Both the position numbers and the translations under genes were made by a program. A stretch of 46,001 nt of DNA from Parasynechococcus marenigrum WH 8102 (GTDB taxonomy: Bacteria; Cyanobacteriota; Cyanobacteriia; PCC-6307; Cyanobiaceae), in contig NC_005070.1 in assembly GCF_000195975.1 (NCBI RefSeq), positions 911,000 through 957,000 on the forward strand. Reading direction: 5' to 3'. The notes under the pieces are model-generated. The model saw nothing but the letters and a program-made list of their open reading frames with translations. It ran no database searches and was not told the origin of the DNA. This document shows positions 42,649-46,001 of this stretch, piece by piece. The number at the start of each line of letters is the position of its first letter. Position 1 is the first letter of the stretch.

Positions 42649-43374
42649 TCACATCGTCTTCTGGGACACTATATCTCTTGACTTCTTCAGTTCTTCTGCT
42701 AGGAGTTCCTCGCCCAGTTCCGACAATATTTTCAACCTCTCTTCTTTGTTGAAGACTGCCGGCCAGAGTTTTTCACTTATAACGATTCCCCATCCGTTTT
42801 CAATTTTTATTGGCGGCCATACTTGTTTGGGTTGACTAATCCTTAGCAATTCAGCAAGTGCATCAGGTAACTCTTGTAGTTTAACTGGTCCAACCCTACC
42901 GATTTTTAATCCCTGAGGAGGATTTGTCGAGAGTAGAATAGCATCATCAACGGAGCATTCTCCCTCTTTGATGCGAACAAATACTTCGCCAGCAAACGCT
43001 TCGTCATCTATCCATATCATTGAGTAGCTAACTTTGTCTAACTTTGCCTTTTCTTTTAGGAATTTTGTTGCAGCTTGGTTTTTGAACTTCTTTTCGCAAA
43101 CTTTAATCCATCTATAATATCTTGTTGCCCTTGTTAGTAACGATTCCTTGTCTACGTTCTCGCTCCTCATCCATTTCGCAAGTTCTTCTTGGGTATAGAT
43201 GTTCATGCTACTTAAATATACTTGTATTACCTCTTCCTCCGATGCGTCTAGTGTTATTTCCGTCTCGATCAATTCATCAAGTACTAGTTCTCGTTTTATG
43301 GAGCCTTCGATGCCCCATCTTTTCAGATCTTCAGGATTTATAGCTTTTGTGCTCACTTGGTGCTTTGCCGACAC
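42649..43374 (-). CDS. PpiC/parvulin-like (rotamase-fold) protein, probably catalytically degenerate; first gene of the operon
   Basis: 241 aa. The C-terminal half aligns by eye to E. coli PpiC. YSMIWIDDEAFAGEVFVRIKEGE..LSTNPPQGLKIGRVGPV..LPDALAELL...PIKIENGWGIVISEKL compares with [47 protein letters not shown]...PLHTQFGYHIIKVL. Both conserved His positions are replaced (M/W and G). Confidence 0.5.
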   Translation of the reverse strand: MSAKHQVSTKAINPEDLKRWGIEGSIKRELVLDELIETEITLDASEEEVIQVYLSSMNIYTQEELAKWMRSENVDKESLLTRATRYYRWIKVCEKKFKNQAATKFLKEKAKLDKVSYSMIWIDDEAFAGEVFVRIKEGECSVDDAILLSTNPPQGLKIGRVGPVKLQELPDALAELLRISQPKQVWPPIKIENGWGIVISEKLWPAVFNKEERLKILSELGEELLAEELKKSRDIVSQKTM

Positions 43375-44321
43375 TTGACGTATTTTAATTATCCTAGCAA
43401 ATAGGGTGTTGATTTCATTTGTTTATTTCTCTATTCACCTTTTGCTTGGGTTTGTTCACTTCTTTTTTGTTTCCGTCCTGTTCTGTTAGAGGAACTTTAT
43501 TTTTTGCACTGTATGAGCGTGTTTTTTAGTTTTTTATCTCTTTTGGTATTGGCGCCTGACTAATAAACCTGATTTATTAACTCTTTTTTGTATTGATTGT
43601 TTTTTCTTAGTCTTTTTCCCGACCTTTTCTTCACTATCTAGATAAAGTACCTTATCGTTTGGTTTTCTCTTTTTCCCCTGCCTTTTTGAAATTTCTTGTA
43701 GTTTCTTTTGGTTTCGCAGCTGACTTTCTTTTTGCCGCAATAAATTTTCCTCTTCGGTTCTTGCATGTGTGTAAATATTTTGCAGTTTTTCTTTTCATTT
43801 CTGTATCTCTTGTTTCCTTGATATGCGTTTATTTGCTATTTATTGCTCTTTCTATTGTGGTTGCAGGTCTATTATTCCAAGGATTTTGTGCTGTTTTTTG
43901 TCGTGTATTGATGTTGCTCTGTTTTGTCTTTTTTCTTGAGTGCAGTTTCTGCGACATGCTCTATGAGGTTCTGTTTCTTGTTTGTCTGTGATTGTCCTGG
44001 TCTTGATCCCTTCTATTTGTTTCTCGTTTCTTTCGTTAATGTCTCCAAGGTATGATTTAAGTTTACTCTTGTTTTAGTGTTTCCTTTTTGGTTTCTACTT
44101 AATTGATTCTTTCACCTCCCTGTGAATGTATCTTGCGTCGTTCGTAGAACGTTTGATTGACTTTTCGATCGCTTTATTTTTGTCTGCCTAAGTTTTTGGG
44201 TGCTTATAGGCTGAAGGCTTTTCGGTGATGTCTAATTCCTTCCTTTCTTGAGTCATGGTAATTCTATTGTATCGCTTTGATTCCCAGTCGCTGATTTATT
44301 TTGGATCGGTTGGTTTCAACT

Positions 44322-45860
44322 CTAATTTTTTGTCATGTGCTTGGCTCCATTTTTGGAGCGTCCCCAGATCGATCCTCTTTCTCCAAAACCCTGAAGTGCA
44401 CCTTCCACGTTTTTATCAAAGTTCGGTTGACGCCAGTTCCAATTTCCTGTGGATGTCCCTGGTGTGTTGAAACGAGCTGAATCATCTAAGTGAAGCAGAT
44501 CCTGCAGTGGGGCGACGACCAGTTCTGCCGATGTTGCAAATGCCATGTCGAGCAACTGCCAAGCCGGTGCGTTCACTGCTCCATTGATTCGACATGTGAT
44601 TCGGTTGCGGCTGTCCTGATCAAGTGTGTTCCACCAGCCCAGTGTAGTCGGGTTGTCGTGGGTGCCGGTGTAGACCACCCAACGTCGTCCCTCGATATTT
44701 TCAGGCAGGTATGGGTTGTCGGCCTGTCCATCGAAGGCAAATTGAAGCACTTTCATCCCTCGCAATTTAAAGTTATCGCGTAGCTCCTCTACATCGGGTG
44801 TGATGACCCCTAGGTCTTCAGCAATTAAAGGTAATTCTCCATTGCCATCTTGACGAAGCTTCTTCAGCAGCTCGTTTCCCGGAGACGGCTGCCACTGTCC
44901 GTTTTTAGCTGTCTTGTCTGCTCCGGGGACTGCCCAGTAGGCAGCTAGTGCTCGAAAGTGATCGAGTCGCAACAGGTCCGCTAGCTGGCGTTGTCGTGTG
45001 AATCGCTGTCTCCACCATCTATAGCGCGTTAAGCGATGTCGTCCCCAGCGATAAACCGGTGAACCCCAGAGCTGTCCGCTTTCGGAGAAGTAGTCAGGAG
45101 GTACGCCACTTTGGGTTGTGAGTTCACCGTTCTCCTTGATGGTGAATAAGTGACGATTGCTCCAGACATCAGCGCTGTCTGCACTGACATAGAACGGCAG
45201 ATCTCCGAACAGTATGACGCCTTTCTCTCGTGCTAGCTCCCTGATTGCATTCCACTGTTGATCCAAGTGCCATTGCTGCAGCTTGATGGCCAGCAGTGCA
45301 TCGGCATGATCACGTTTCCATTCACGCAGCGCCTTGCGGTTGTTACTTGCAAGCCCATCAGGCCAGGTCCACCAGGCTTCACCCTGCTGTTCATGCAGAA
45401 CGCTGAAGCAGGCGTGAGCTTCCAGCCACGGCTGTTTTTTGCACCAACGTTCAAACGTCTGGTGATGATTGGTCGGCTGCTTCGGCCATCCTTTGAGCAG
45501 TGTTTGGGCAAGGGCGCCGCTTCGCTGTTGGGCCAGGCCAAAGTCCAATCTCTCGACGCCACTGCTTGGTTCACTCGCTCCAGGTAAGTCTTGGCAATCC
45601 TGCTCACTGATGAAGCCATCCCGGCGAAGTTCCTCGGCATCAAGAAACCAGGGATTCAGCGCGAAGCTGGAGGGTGAGTTGTAAGGCGAGCCGGTTCCGT
45701 CAGGAGGTGCAAGTGGCAGAAGTTGCCACACGCCGATGTTGTTGTCCGCCAGCAGATTGATCCAACGGCGGCATGGTTCTCCGAAGCTTCCGCAGACTGC
45801 ACTCCCAGGAAGTGCTGTGGGATGTAGAAGCACCCCTGTGCTTCGGGATGGAGTCGTCAT
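44322..45860 (-). CDS. malQ: 4-alpha-glucanotransferase (amylomaltase, GH77)
   Basis: 512 aa, high GC. GH77 hallmarks are present: GVLLHPTALPG, SPYNSPSSFALNPWFLD, LFGDLPFYVSADSADVW, GVPPDYFSESGQLWGSPVY, LRLDHFRAL, IAEDLGVITPDV and VVYTGTHDNPT. Confidence 0.95.
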   Translation of the reverse strand: MTTPSRSTGVLLHPTALPGSAVCGSFGEPCRRWINLLADNNIGVWQLLPLAPPDGTGSPYNSPSSFALNPWFLDAEELRRDGFISEQDCQDLPGASEPSSGVERLDFGLAQQRSGALAQTLLKGWPKQPTNHHQTFERWCKKQPWLEAHACFSVLHEQQGEAWWTWPDGLASNNRKALREWKRDHADALLAIKLQQWHLDQQWNAIRELAREKGVILFGDLPFYVSADSADVWSNRHLFTIKENGELTTQSGVPPDYFSESGQLWGSPVYRWGRHRLTRYRWWRQRFTRQRQLADLLRLDHFRALAAYWAVPGADKTAKNGQWQPSPGNELLKKLRQDGNGELPLIAEDLGVITPDVEELRDNFKLRGMKVLQFAFDGQADNPYLPENIEGRRWVVYTGTHDNPTTLGWWNTLDQDSRNRITCRINGAVNAPAWQLLDMAFATSAELVVAPLQDLLHLDDSARFNTPGTSTGNWNWRQPNFDKNVEGALQGFGERGSIWGRSKNGAKHMTKN

Positions 45861-45901
45861 TTTTGCCGTCGGAGCTCCGATCTGATCTCAGCATGGCTGC
45901 G

Positions 45902-46001
45902 TCAGAACAAAGCTGCATCGCCGAGGTCCTGTCCCGCCATGCCATCCCGCACCACCCGTTCAAAGAACCGCTCCAGGGTGTCTTCTCCGTAGGAGGGGGT
46001 G
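45902..46001 (-). CDS. 3' end of an unidentified core-genome gene (C-terminal 32 aa, truncated by the window edge)
   Basis: The minus-strand frame reads ...[32 protein letters not shown] then TGA (stop at 45902-45904). It has GC-rich third positions like malQ, and the stop lies 41 nt upstream of the malQ start. It is too short to identify. Confidence 0.4.
   Translation of the reverse strand, partial: TPSYGEDTLERFFERVVRDGMAGQDLGDAALF

Larger units (their letters stand above)
940..44321. other. Low-GC genomic island of about 43 kb carrying swmB and its secretion/stator operon
   Basis: Hand counts of 60-nt lines gave 67% GC at 1-60, 35% at 2401-2460, 37% at 36661-36720 and 53% at 45301-45360. 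The left edge falls just after the stop of the 5-922 gene. The right edge falls at the malQ stop (44322). Confidence 0.85.

Noticed and set aside
43534-43991. 68-aa Lys-rich ORF (-) and 110-aa Phe/Leu/Cys-rich ORF (+) in the upstream spacer.
   Set aside because: Both are compositional artefacts of the strongly T-skewed sequence. Neighbouring frames are full of stops. At most this is a decayed gene relic, as noted in the findings.
45233-45963. ORFs 45233-45643(-), 45258-45587(+), 45469-45684(+) and 45700-45963(-) within or next to malQ.
   Set aside because: These are alternative-frame shadows in GC-rich DNA. The malQ frame carries unmistakable GH77 motifs. The 45700-45963 frame overlaps the malQ start and conflicts with the better-looking C-terminal frame ending at 45902.

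Overview
The window has two short high-GC (about 55-67%) core-genome flanks around a low-GC island of about 43 kb (about 35-40% GC). The left flank is a RodZ-like HTH gene (5-922). The right flank is malQ (44322-45860) plus a partial ORF tail.

One intact 32,376-nt ORF dominates the island (2140-34515, 10,791 aa). From memory only, its size, repeat architecture and context match SwmB, the 1.12-MDa cell-surface protein needed for non-flagellar swimming in marine Synechococcus sp. WH8102. No search was run. The ORF holds two very large, near-identical tandem arrays:
- 28 domains of 117-119 aa, nested as 357 -> 1065 -> 4974 bp.
- 19 units of 381 bp.
- It also has VCBS/cadherin-like modules and an acidic, repeat-rich C-terminus without canonical RTX nonapeptides.

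An eight-gene minus-strand operon (35055-43374) converges on this ORF and shows translational-coupling overlaps. In transcription order it encodes:
- a degenerate parvulin-like protein;
- a type I secretion ABC transporter with an N-terminal cNMP-binding domain and an inactive C39-like domain;
- an HlyD adaptor;
- a small unknown protein;
- a MotA/TolQ/ExbB-family channel protein;
- two paralogous ExbD/TolR-like proteins;
- a signal-peptide HExxH protein.

The main lead is this stator-like ion-channel module built into the secretion operon beside swmB. It is a candidate energy transducer for a motility system with no known motor. All family calls rest on by-eye motif recognition. No tRNA, rRNA, CRISPR, integrase or transposase was recognised.
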